From: Bugula neritina
Taxonomy: Eukaryota > Animalia > Bryozoa
Reading direction: 5' to 3'
NCBI GenBank assembly: GCA_964035545.1
Contig: OZ037771.1
Span: 7,473,190-7,537,189 of the forward strand
DNA: 64,000 nt
Below, piece by piece: positions 29,463 through 43,000 of the stretch. The notes under the pieces are model-generated. The model was given only the letters and a program-made list of their open reading frames with translations, ran no database searches and had not been told where the DNA came from. A program made the position numbers and the translations under genes. Numbering within the stretch: position 1 is the first letter of the stretch; each line of letters begins with the position of its first letter.

Positions 29463-29663
29463 AGTTTAAAGTCACTATCTCTGTGAGAAACCCCTGATGG
29501 AAGGGGTTTTGTTAGATTGGGCTAAGGACTTATTCATATGAGGCACAGGAGCAATTATGACTGAATGCTCTTCCTAACATCACCAATAGCCTTTGTTGGG
29601 TTCGAACCCATGACTTCGTGTTTAATAAGCAAACCCTCTAACCACTACACCACTAGGCTGCTC
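29463..29663 (-). mobile_element. Same SINE family, near full-length
   Basis: Contains GGGTTCGAACCC B-box and GAGGCACAGGAGCAATTATGACTG core. Confidence 0.85.
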
Positions 29664-32600
29664 TTTTATAATAGTGTCCCATTTATATTTCTATCAAAAA
29701 TGCCCCCCCCCCCCCAACAAGCTTTTTTACTTCATTAGAAAGTTTAAGATTTCATTACTAAATTTCTCTAAAATAAAGTGCAATAAATTCCATGTTACAG
29801 GAGCGCATGCTCATTTCACCAGACAGTAAAATCGATTCCACAGTGTGCAAAACTTTTAATTGCTGGTAAAAATTATATAAAGTTTCCAGTTAACTAATAA
29901 TTAAAAAAATAACTCAATCACAAGATTTCTTATCAATACTATTAATTTATTTTCAAAACATTCTTATGTCTTCAAACAGAAGTTTTAAAAACCAAAGTAT
30001 AATTTTGATATCCGAGATTTTCAGTTGATGTTAGCAACTTGTTGTAATAAATTTAGAGTTACAAAAGGCCAACTGTAATGAAGTATATAGGTTAAAGCTG
30101 TAGTGACTAAGTTTAAGTTTTCAGTTACCTTCTGTCAAACTGAAAAGGTGCAACACATGTTTTAAGTGTCAATTTTAAAAATTTATGTATTCTATAAGAG
30201 AAAAGGACTAAAGGACCAATAAATCTGCCATTATGACATAACTGATGCTACCAACTATTAGTAAACAGGTCTACCATTGTGGAGTGCATACTTGATGGAC
30301 AATATTACACTTGAAAACTATCGCTGTAAATAAGTTTGTTACAATTTGTCTGTTTGTTTGGCACGGGCCACTCTGTCTCATCTTTTATCCTTCTATTCTA
30401 TTTCTGACACATTTAATTTATTTGCCAGCTATACGTTACACATTCCTACACTCTGGCAAGTTAGCGCCAACAATAGCTTCACACTCTGTCAATAGTCCTA
30501 CAAAGCTGGTATTCATATAATTGCTTACTAATTAATGATTACACCCATCATTATTACTATAACTGTATATTCCAGACAGATAGATAGAGAAAAGCGTTTT
30601 TTTGCTTATAACATAAAACTTGTGTTAATAAGCTTTGTGGTTTTTAGGCTAAATTTTTGATAATTGAAATTGTTTTAAGAAAATCGCCAAATCATCTTAT
30701 GGATGCTTTATTTATAGCCAGTCTAGAAGTTTTTGAAGCTCTAAAGAAAGTTCTTTTTGAATACTAAATATTGTAAAATTAGGTGTTCAAAAAATGCTGT
30801 CATTTGATCCTGCCAATTAAACATGCTACCATTTATTCTTGCTATGTTTTAAAATAGCAGCAATGTTTTACCCTGAGAGTTTTTAAAAAAGGCATAGGCC
30901 TACTATTTTCCTAGAATTGGTGATGATTTATATTGTCTTTTCAAGTCTGCAAATGTCTGTTAATGTTTACTTCTACAATATTATTCAGAAAATTAGCTGA
31001 TCATATTCGAAGAGAAAGCGGTGTTGTAGAGCCATCATTTTTACTGCATAAACTATTTGTGTGCTATACATATAATATAACGCATGCAAATTTGTAGACA
31101 AAAAACAAAACAATATTTTTAGGCAGTATTTAAGCTTGTCTAGATATTTTTTCATAAACATTTCACTAGAAAAAAATTGATTAGTTTTGAAATTATCAAC
31201 CCTAAGTTTGAGCATAATGAGCTAACGTAATATTATGTTTTTAGTATAATATAAACTACTGCTTTATGTTTGGAAAGCCAAGTAAACAGTGAATATTAGA
31301 CAGTGGTAACTAGCTCAATAAATACATAAATAAACTTGGTGTGTACCACTTTGAAGTAGGGAGCTACATTGCTGTAGGTGTCAAGAGATTACTAAATTAA
31401 TAGCAATGTCATAAGAAGAGTGTTCAATGTAAATTACCTTTTGGCTCCACCAGTCTGCCCAATATTTCAGTCTATTCTAATTTGGAGATATTTAAGGGCC
31501 CCACTTTAAACTAACAATAGTGTAACCTTTCATGAGTTACATTGAGCCATAGTCACAGTTATTGTCAGATGAAATGAAACAAAATGTCATCAAAAGAAGA
31601 TGCGTTTACATTTTCCAGCCACTATATCCTGTTTCTACACTCATTATACCATGTTAATACTATAATATATTGAGTAAACATTTATACTTATATCAATAAC
31701 AATATATTATATATCTCCAACATCACAGATAGCTAGCATGGGTTTCCGTTGATAAGTAATAACTATTCTTTACTTTACTGTTGTCTTTTACCAGAAGTAA
31801 ATTGCTTAGAAGAGCTAAAAATTTATTTCTAGGGCTTTATCGTAGAGCTTTATTACTAAATTTTTTACAACTAGTGCCGTGAAAGCAATAAATATAACCA
31901 GAATCCTAGTTTTAGCCCATAGCTCAACTTTTTTTTTATAGAAAATGACCATACACTACTTTTCATGGAATATAATCGTACTATATTTAAAGCAAAACAT
32001 ATAAAGTTGGTTTCAGTATCTACATTATAGCCATCAAAAATATATAATTTTGCAATCTTCTTTCAAGATTTAAGTATATTGAAATAAATTTAAAGGTGAT
32101 AAAATAAACTACTTTAGTTTTCACGTGCAGAAACATTTCTTAGCTGATAAATTACAAAAAAAGTTTTGCAGTATGTAAATACTTGGTAATTAGCCACAGG
32201 CCGCTCATTTCTTGTAATTATTTTCTTGGGGACTAGTTGCCTGCACGTGTTTCTAATAGTTGAATATTCTGTTTTATTGTTATAAGATTGCACAACATGG
32301 GCAACATTTTTAATTTTTTGTTTCACTGAATTTTACACCGCAAACCACATGGATGATGTGAAACAGAAGATACATGTAGATGAGTGAGAAAAGACATGTG
32401 ATATACCAGCTTTACTAGAGACATGTAAACAACCTAGAGAATATTTCTTAAGTATGGGCATTAAAACATTACAAGTATAACAGTGAGTAGATAATTTGGT
32501 TCGTTTTGCTATATCAGTATCAATAATTTAGTTTTTACGACTTAAACTGCATAAAATAGTCTTAGAATGAGGTCAGTTTAAAAAAAAGTAAAATGCTCTG

Positions 32601-33785
32601 TCTAGAAAACTGTTAGAAAAAGTATAATGCTTCGTTTTAGATTACTAAAAATCTGCATGTTTAATTAGCTTATTTGCCCTTACATTTTATTTTAAGCTTT
32701 AAAATATTATGCTTCAATTATGCAATGTGCCATACATTATCAACAGCCAATACGCTACATAAAGTTACAAATTCTAACAATAATTTTTTCAAAGCAGAAA
32801 AATAACTTTTTGATTAATAATCTAGTGTTCGCCATCCGTAAATACAAAACTATAATATTTGATTGACAAAATAACGACAACATTATTCTGTTTAGTGGCT
32901 GGAAAAATGCCAAAAAATTAGTTCAGCAGAAACAGTACAATGTTAAAGCTAGAACTCTACATCTTATGCACTAAATATCAAAACATGGAAATATGGCGTA
33001 GGCAGCATTTTTTCATGAAAGAAAATATATAATATTTTATTGAGTTATGCAGGTTAAAGCTACCTTGCACTATAATTTCTTGTATTGGCGTATACAGGAG
33101 TGGATCCATCCCTGTATTGTCAGACAGTGGTGGATGAGCATAGCCTGAGGGTGTTCTCATGACTGTAACGGAGAATAAAGATGGGCTCCTAATAATAGCA
33201 ATCATCAGAACTAAAATCTATACAAATTGTGATGTCACTGCAGAGCTATTATATAATCTATTGGACTCTACAAAGGCTACTTATGAATATAGATACATTC
33301 TGTGTGTGTATATATACAAGTAGATCATGGTTGCTTTAATTAATGTTTGTTGAGATGTAGAGTAGAACACATTTATCAGCAGAGAAACTAATATAATACA
33401 ATAATACACACTTTATTGGTGGTGAAACTTTGTTATCTTAAGGTAAATAAAATAATTTATACCTATGTCAAGTTTGTTTAAAACTTTTTTGCTATTCCTA
33501 AAGGTGTACAGATTTTTGTACATTTTTATTTTTTTAAAAAAATAAAATAAAACTATGATAGGCAATATTTATTTAAATGTAATTCTTCACTGAATTTTGT
33601 TATCATATTCTGATAAATAATTATTGTCCTAAATATTTTAGACTTTGTTTTAAAAAGTTGTAGTAATTTGTATGTATATATTTGAAGACTTTTGCATAGA
33701 ATTTGTTTCAATAATTCAGTTATACAAGTTTAATTAAATTAAGTTTGCACAAATTTTATCAGATTAGTTTTTGCCCGGTCACTGA

Positions 33786-34972
33786 ATGGCTGACTACACT
33801 TCGTCTACTGTCCAAGATTCTCCAGCACTGGCCACTTGTCACTCTTCAGTTTCCACAAACCTGGGTGAACCACCACACATGGCCACTGACTACAGAGCTA
33901 ACTATCCCCAATACTATCAGCCCAGCTGCCTTTACGACCAGCAACCATACTGGCAGCACGCACCGGAGTCCAGCACTTACTATGGCAGCTCTATACATTC
34001 ACCCATAGTTGGTGAGACAGCAAATTTCTCTATTTCAAGTTTTGTTAGTTTGTTAGATAAAACTAGGGTGCATGCTCATGTTTAGGTCAGAATAATTTGT
34101 GATAGAAATTTAGCTGAATGAGCTGAAAATACCAATAAACTTTTTCATATTTTATTTTGTTGTGTAAAGGTTTCTAGATTGAAATCCAGATAGTAATGCA
34201 TTGACTTAATAGCTAATAAATAATATTACTATACTAGATTATTTCCATCTATTTATTTATAAAGCATTTCATTCACATGAAAGTTTAGCTATTATTTAAA
34301 TCAATCAGTTGGTTGTAACAAATATATTAATTTAGAAAAAAATTTGTTTAGGGGATTTGTCTTTCTCCTATTTGGTGTTGATTTATACTAGTAGAAGTGT
34401 TCACACTGTTTGGCAGTTGGTGGCTACACCCTTCTCAAAGAAAATATTTGAATTTATTTTTTCTAATTTTGTTGTGTATAAATTTATAAATTCCTGTAGC
34501 AGTGTATTGACTAATGCTACAGCTGATTTGCTTCTACCTATTTTTTTCTCTTATAAATTGTGGTTCATTTGCTAAAATTGACTTTTATTAAAATCAGCCA
34601 GTTTATTTTATTGCCTACACATTAAATTATATATTATATTTATTCATGAGATTATTCTCTTATTTAGTGTTTATTTATACTGTTGTAAGTTTTTGCTCTA
34701 CTTGGTAGATGGTGGCTATGGCCCTCAATCTTGCATGCCTTCTACTCACCCATATCCACAGTGTGAACTCTCCCAACAAAAAAAACCCAAAAGACGTCGT
34801 GTCACCACTGTCAACCAGCGAAGAGCTGCCAATGTCCGAGAAAGAAAGAGGATGTGTAGTCTAAATACTGCCTTTGACAAGCTTCGCAAGGTGGGTGCAT
34901 GTGTGCACAAAAATAGTAAAATAATTATGAGTATTTCATTATGCAAGAGGTTTGAATATTGCATGCCTATAT

Positions 34973-35012
<40 letters not shown>

Positions 35013-35073
35013 TGAGTGTGTGTGTGTGTGTGTGCGTGTGCGTGTGCGTGTGCGTGTGCGTGTGCGTGTGCGT

Positions 35074-35116
<43 letters not shown>

Positions 35117-36129
35117 AGTGTGCGTGTGTGTGCGAGTGTGTGCGAGTGTGTAGTGTGTGTGTGTGTGCGCGCGCATGCCTAGTATATGTAATATATTATA
35201 TAACATAGTATACCCTTTGCTTCAACTTCATATGTTTTTGGTAGTGTTTCTCTTTCATTTTTCTCTGTTGCGTTGCATTATTCTAGAGAGTTCCAACATT
35301 TACATTTGAGAAGAGGTTGTCTCGGATTGAGACATTGCGACTTGCTATTGGTTACATTGGATTCATGACTGACTTGTTAACACAGCAAGGGGTTTGTGCA
35401 GAGTATATACACCAGGTATGTGTGTTACACGCCTATGCTGCAGAACCCACATGTTCTGTGCATATAATATATAGACTATTCACAGACAAAGTTCTTAATT
35501 GTGCAGTGAAGTATTCAATGATACATGTAAATAATGCCATAAATAAAATAAAGGTTCCTTAGTTTTGGCTACCAACTAGAATAATGGCCATTATTTAAAA
35601 CTCTGCTTCCCAGAGGAAAACATTTTATGCTATGCTTATGTAAAGTAGCCATTGCCTAGTTTTGGAGTCACACGGCTTTAGTGCATCTAAAAATATGGCC
35701 ACCAACTGCATATTTTAGATGACGCGGAGCATTCAGTCAGATTCTAATAATGAGATTTCATCTTCACCGGAGAGTTCAGACAGCTTGGAGTATGCTGATC
35801 ACAACATGACTACTTTCCCTCATTCTAACTCTAGCAACAGCTACATGAACAGTAACATGTACCTCTACAGTGGCTGTGGGAACGCCTATTCAGTGGATTA
35901 TCATGGTAGCTACACATCAAGTACTGCCAATGTGGTTCTAAATGAAAATGTGACTCCTAGTTTCAGTGCAGACTACATGTGTAGAGCAGAGTCTACTGCA
36001 GATTCGGTTATGGGGGGTGTGGTTGGTCTGAATGAGAATTGTGACACAGACGGTGAAGAAATAGATAAGGAGAGGAATGTCTTGGAGAGTGAAACAGAAG
36101 GTGTCATTATTGTGAGTCAGCAATTGTAG
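33786..36129 (+). CDS. FERD3L: Fer3/Nato3-type bHLH transcription factor
   Basis: Exons 33786-34011, 34709-34890, 35287-35415, 35719-36129. Spliced b[39 protein letters not shown]|[31 protein letters not shown] is the Fer3 signature. A probable 5'UTR exon ends at a donor near 33442. Confidence 0.9.
34975..35175. repeat. (TG)n/(CGTGTG)n microsatellite
   Basis: Direct reading; in the intron that splits the bHLH domain. Confidence 0.97.
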
Positions 36130-36412
36130 TTAGCGTTTATTATTTTGTAATAAAGATTTTACTTATTGGAACTTAATAAAAATATAGTATGTAGTGAAAA
36201 GGAGAGCAACTGGACATTGTTAATCAATATTAAATCATGAAAGTGTTGCCAAAAGCTATAGAAATAACAAGATAATTGAAAATTACATCACATAAGTGCT
36301 TAATCACAGCTAATTGCTAATAATATAATATAAACAAGATAATGGTCACAAAGATAAGATAACTTCTACTGCCAGTTATCTAATAGCTGACGAGTATAAC
36401 AAGCGTCGTTAC

Positions 36413-38114
36413 TCATTGCTTTGGATTCCTTAATTCATACTCTTCCCAGCCACCAGGAAAATGTCGCACTCTAAAATTGATGAAACATGAAAGAATGCAC
36501 CAATAATCACAAGTTGTTTGAGTTTTTGAAAGCAAATTTTGGTTATATATGAAAATGGAAGGTTAACTAAATAATCTATCAAGTGATTTAGTCACAGGTA
36601 TGATTGAAGCATACTATTCAACAGGTCACTGTATGCAGCTAGCTTGTTCTATGTTGACAATACCTGCTGTAACCATAGCTGTGCAGCAGATCCATAGCTT
36701 TCTTACTTCTGATTCCTCCCAAACAACTCATAACAATATTGGAGTCGTCAATATCGGGCATTTTAGTCCCATATCGAGTACGGAACTCGCCTGGAGCTAG
36801 CTGGAATGCTTCTGGGATTTCTTTCACTAAAAATGATAAAGTAGTTTCATGTTATTCTCATGGGGAAAGAATAACTCTATATGATGCTTTCTTGTAACTT
36901 TGTTTATTATTGGCCATTTTTAATTTAAGAAGAATTTTCATTCTAGCAAGCAGTAAACCACTTTTAAGTTTCATACTAAATTTATGCAAAGCCTAATGGG
37001 TTATTATTTACCGTACATGGTAAATGTATAGAGTCAGGCATCATCCCAGTTTCTTCAACTTCCTTGTGGCTTCTGACATCAAAAAGTTGAATGTCTCCAC
37101 TCTTTACCATTGACATCACCTCATCATATGACAAATCAAATTCAGAGTTTCCAGTGACGTTACAGTAGTTTCCTAACAAAAGTTAACATTTTCATTTGAT
37201 TTGGTCTAACAGGTATGGATTGTAAGAATAATACTTTTGCCTGTTTATGTAATTTAAATTGCTGATTTTAGGCACACAGCATGCTATTAAGCAATCAACC
37301 TATGTGTAGTACATCAAACCCCACTTAGACCCCAACATCGACATAACTAGTATTACAAATTCAAGATAAAATGATATGAAAGTGAAACACTAAATAAAAT
37401 AGTTTTTGTTATGGAGAGATTTAATTTCATACTATAATTATTTTTTAATACCATATTTTCACATAACCGGTTTTTTCCATCTTTAAAATAAGGCAGGCTT
37501 TGTTTCTACATTAAAGTAAATTAGAATAGACATGCTTATACTTATAGTCATAGGCACATACTGATAGTACTAGAACCAATACTCAATTATTATCTTGCAC
37601 TATGATGTGATCAAAACTTTGGCTATATTACAATAAGAATCAGTTATGAGTTAATGTTATTCATTGGGCTGAATCCAAAACTTACTGCGTAAGATGTACT
37701 TAGGTTTACAAAGTTGAGGTTGAGTATACAAAGCAGGATCAGACAAACTGTTGCTAAATTCGGATTGCTTTATTTTAAAAGATAAATTTAAAGTAGGCAA
37801 ACATTTGAAAATAACATGCTGATTTACATCACGATTAATTCAAAATGCTGCGCGTGTCAGTACTTACTATTGGTGTGGTTGAAGAGAGCCCTTGAACACT
37901 GATTTTGATTAAATTTTAGGTCAAATTTAGAGTTTGCATAATTCCGATTAATTGATAGTTGAATGCCAACGCATTTTGGCTCTGGTGATTTAAGTTTTTG
38001 AAATACTCCGGATGACAGAGACTGAAAGCAGCGGCCATTGCGATTATAATACGAGTATGCTGAAGACTTTAAAAGTTTCCCATTCCAGCTAGCAAATAGT
38101 GGAATTTTTGACAT
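36413..38114 (-). CDS. TSTD3: Single-domain rhodanese/thiosulfate sulfurtransferase, TSTD3/TSTD1-like, with probable mitochondrial presequence
   Basis: Exons approx. 37868-38114, 37017-37172, 36664-36826, 36413-36470. Motifs QLFDVRSHKEVEETGMMPDSIHLP, active-site loop SCLGGIRSKKA, HFPGGWEEY. N-terminus rich in Ser/Arg/Lys and poor in acidic residues. Confidence 0.82.
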
Positions 38115-40045
38115 TGTGGCAGAGAAAGCAATCAAATTTAAAATTTTGAGTCTAGATCAAGCCCCTCTTATTTATAAAGATTACTAGTAGTAGTAAGACT
38201 AAGTAGTACCACAGTTGAAAGTTTTCAAGTGGAAATTTTCTGTAGATGCAGCTTATGACTAAATTAGTAAACTACAGGTATTTTAAAGTTAGTTAAACTT
38301 TCAATAAAATAATATGCGTGACATCGTACAAACTTTGGACTACAGCTTTCAACTGCGCTTGTAAAAACTTGTAAATAGTCTGCTAGCTGAAAAGACAACT
38401 CTGGCCTTTTAATCCAGTCTCCAGTAGTCAAGTCAGTCATGTAATAATTGAGAAAATGAGAAGACCGTCTTTACCAGGGATATAGTTTTAAAGCAATGCA
38501 CGCGCGTGTATTTCTACTTCATCAATTAATAAAACATCAATGCTGCAATACTAAACTTTTAAACATACAAAATATACCATCAGTATACTTATAAACTGAT
38601 ACACCAAGTATTAGTGTGGAGCATAAACAGTTTTTGCACACCTAATTCAAATCCCTGTTATCCTAGCTGTTATAAATTGTGAAATGAAGAGAAAGCCTTT
38701 TTGCAATGGATATTATTTAATATTATAACTACTTACCTATAATACTGATCTCAGTCATGGTGGCTTGATAATTGTTCTGAAAACAATTTTGAAACTGCAA
38801 TGTATTACCTTTTTACTTGTTCATCAACAGTAATAATTATAAGCACCACCTACACTATAATGTTGCCAGACTTAATGTAATTGCCTAAAACTATGATGGT
38901 GGTTAGAGAAATTAAGGTACCATGATATGTATGTATGTAAGTGTGGTGATTTATTAGAACATTTGGTCATAAAAATAATATGGGGTATATAATATAGTTT
39001 TGTGCATGACTGCACATGTTGCACTTAGACTATATTATATTTTAGTGTAATCACCTATCTGATTCACTTGGCCAGTTTCGGTCTAATTTCTAATTGGCAA
39101 AGTTGCTATTACATAAAAACTATCAAACTTTTTTCACATTGAACACAATAAAAAGGTGTTGGTTTCAAAGTTGCAATTTTATAACAAGCTGGTCAAAAAT
39201 GTTGGTTGAGCTGAACATAAAAGATTGATATGGAAGTTAATATCAAAGACAGCTCGAACTGCTAGAATTCTGTCCTTGTACAACACACCTCCGGATCACA
39301 AGGCAACTGTGCAATGTTAAACGAAATATTTCATTATAAACCAACGTATGTAGTGCTGTAATAAGAAGGGTGGAAATTAAATTATTTGTATTAAACTTTG
39401 TTAAAGCAAGTTGTAGTGAAAAATTTATACTATAAAACTTTAAACGCAAAGGCCGTCATTGTAGGAATGTTTCAGTCATTTCGTTTGATTTGGAGTTGTC
39501 TTTTATTATCTACATTGGTGATAGTGCATGCTATGCTAGTTTATATATATATATCTTCAATCCACATATATATATATTCTCATAAAAAATTATGCCAATA
39601 AAAATCCATTTAGGTCAAATTTAAGAGTTACATTTTGGAATATAAAACATATGTATCAAGTGAACCTGCGTATATTTGCAAAAACTCAAAAATATAGCTA
39701 TAATAATAATAAAATATGATTGGAACATCTAATAAACTCTTTTTTGTGCAACTTTCAACAACTTAGTAAATACAATAATAAAATAAGAATATTGCGGCAA
39801 AATAATTGCAGATGCCATTTTTCTAATTAAATTCTATACTAACTTCTCTATCTATTATATTACTCTGGACGAGATATAAATTCTTCAGCGAAGACATAAA
39901 ATAAATTCTGTTACTTTACAGAGTAAAAAACTAAGAATCTATCGGCGTGAAGTCAAACAAAAATTTAGCACAGATTTTGAAAGACTATCAGAAAATGGAC
40001 GCTATTTCCACCGGACGACAGGAGAGAACGATTACTTGAATCATG

Positions 40046-43000
40046 TTAATTGAGAACAAGCTTCCTTTTCAGACTGTCTTTGCGCTGCAAGTGCTTTAGC
40101 CTGGCTCGATGTCTCAACGCAACTGGACTCTCCCATCTAAAACACAGGGAATTCATATTACAATATACTGTCCGGTAATAATATAGAAACCTTAAACTTA
40201 CTATTATATTGCATTTTTAAAATTATTCAGAGTTGTCCTCTCTAATATATTCTATTTCGTCTATAAAACCAGATGGTTGCATAAACTAGAGATTAACTTC
40301 ACTTATATACATAGACGCTTCAACTCTACAGATGATCAACTCTACAGATGAGTGCTTAAAGAATCCCTGACACACTTTTCTAATATAGTATGAAAATATT
40401 CCTATATATCATAGCTATCATCTAAATACTATTTGAGGGTTGTCTGCTCTAACAATTTTGTTTTATAACAAGTTCCGCGCACACATTCCCGCCAATATCT
40501 TTATAATTCATAATAATATTCAATGAAATAAAAATGAAACAGATTATATTGTATTAATAGTATGCCTATATCTCTGATAACAATTATTTTAATTGAATGT
40601 TTTAAATTGTATTACATTTTGCATGAAATATGTCCTACACTTGAGCGAGCACGCAAGCGTATTTTAGCAAAAGCGCAACAGATAAATAATTACTGGGTAT
40701 AAAATAATAGACATACTTGGCTTGTTCCTGTATGGAGAAACTGGTTACATTGTCGTACCAGTTGTACACCGCCGGATACTGCAACTCGTCAATGAAGACG
40801 CCATTTAATGCTGTCAGCACGTCATTGTCCACCTTGCATGGTTTACTTCTACAATCACACAGGCACCTGTGACATTTCAACAACAAGCAGTTGCAAGCAC
40901 TTTTTCACACAGGCAGCAATCACCTGCAAGCACTGGTCACTCAAGCAACAAGCACCTGCAAGCACTGTATCACTCACGTAACAATCACCTGCAAGCACTG
41001 TGACAACTGACATCTAAGTAACAAGCACCTGCAGCACTAAGACATAACTTTCACCCATGTACGAACATATGCCAAGTTAGATTTCTGGTGGGCATCAACT
41101 TTTTGTAGGAATTGAGAATGACACATATCAAACACTTAGCCTATTAATCAGCAGTGAAAACCCTATTGGAAACTTGAAATGCATAAAACTACATTCCATT
41201 GCACTAATAGCAAGAGCTACGTTACCCTTTCAAATAGACAATTGGACGGCACTTTCTAATACTCTTCTCTTCCACAATTTTGTGTTCTTTCACAGGTTCG
41301 GCTGACTGTATACTGACTTTTCCCCCAGAATGCCGTAAACATCCTGGAAATAGACTGAGAATAACTAGGAGACAAAGTCGAAAAATGAATATGAATACCT
41401 GAAAACATATTACAGCATGACCAGTGTGGTAGCTTTAGAAGCCTAAGCAACTACACATCAGGCCTTGCTTCAAATTACAGTGAACCAGAGTACAGCAAGC
41501 AAGTTACTGCAATATAGATAACTACACGTTACCTATTTCCCAGAGAGTGCGCAGCTTGTCCATGTAAGGTGAAATACCGGGAATTATGCATTCCAAGGTC
41601 GTCTTACTAAAACTGCTTTGTGCAGCTGGCACGTTGAGGCATTTATAATCTTCCTCGCTAGTCAGTGGTAATGGTGCCGGGAGTTTACCATTCTTAACAG
41701 GTGTCTGTGAATCATTGACAGGTGCCTGTGCACAACTGACAGGTGTCTTTGTACCATTGACAGGTGTCTGTGAACCACAGACAGGCGTCTGTGAATAATT
41801 GACAGGTGTGTGTGCAGCATTGACAGGTGTCTGTATACCATTGGCAGGTGTCTGTGCAGCATTGACAGGTGGTGTCTTTGGTACCAGAGAATTGTGTGAC
41901 GGATGACTAGGAGAAGTAGGACTATGCAGAGATAACCCACTGAACATCCTCGCCAATTCGTCACCTGATGCATTCAGCTGACTCGCTACAATATTGTGGT
42001 TTGTAAACAAATTACATTCGAATACAAATGGTAGTAGACATCAAACTCGAGTAATTGCTACCAGTAAAACCACATTAATTGTTGTAAAATAATTAAAATT
42101 TGGTAGCTTGTATATAAAATTCATTATATTGTTCGAAGTCATAAAGATTGTATGTAAAAATCAAAGCTAAGTGCTTCAACTACAACCTACATAAATCATA
42201 CCTTGCGTTTCTTTAGAGTTGTCTACTTCTCCATTTGGAGGTGGCTCACACAGCTCGTCTATTTCACCAGCAAACTGCAAAGTACATAAATTGATTCTTT
42301 AAAGCAGCCTCAGAGTAACACAGACAAAGCCCGATTATTTGTTACAGCACAATTACTCTGGTCACAGGCTATTCTATTTTTCTCAAAAATATCAAATTAT
42401 AAGGAAATGGCCAATTGGTGTTATTTCCAAATCATATTTTACACAGCTATCTATGGCATATCTTCATCAAGTGCTTCAACTAACCCTGATAGATGACAAA
42501 ATGAATCACAACATAAACTACATTAGACTAGATTAGGACTATTGTTCTATCTCAATAATTTATAGACCACATGACCATACGAACCTTTCCACCTCTGCCA
42601 TTCACCATCACACTTTCTGCAGCGTGTTTCTCCAAGTCACTTATGTACGCTTCAAGTTTAGCCAAACCGCCAGGTTGCTGCAGGTCTGTAGAGCAGTTTA
42701 GGAAATCCCACTCTTCAATCCACGGTACTCCAAACTCCTTGGCCAGGTTTCTGCATAATGTCAAAGGTTAAAGGTTAAAAGGTTAAACCTCAAAAATAAG
42801 GACTAACACTGATGTGAATTACAGACATCTTAACTCAGATAACAGTGAAAAGGTAGCAATAAATGAGTAAAGCATAGACTATGGTTATAGTGCTGAGACT
42901 ACATATAATAGCCATTGCTAGCAAGTAGTTCAGAGCTAAGTTAGATTCAGCTTCTTTGTTAGGAATTTCCTAATGCTGCAGCTACAATCAGAATTATTTC

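Noticed and set aside
29560-29663. tRNA gene
   Set aside because: The A/B boxes belong to the SINE head; no full cloverleaf.
34891-35208. CVCV/RVRV extension of the bHLH ORF and the antisense HTHT ORF
   Set aside because: Read-through into an intronic microsatellite; splicing restores helix 2.
41345-41399. Upstream acceptor at about 41399 for an ANKLE2 exon
   Set aside because: Leads to a stop at 41256; the acceptor at 41344 keeps the frame into the conserved C-terminal domain.
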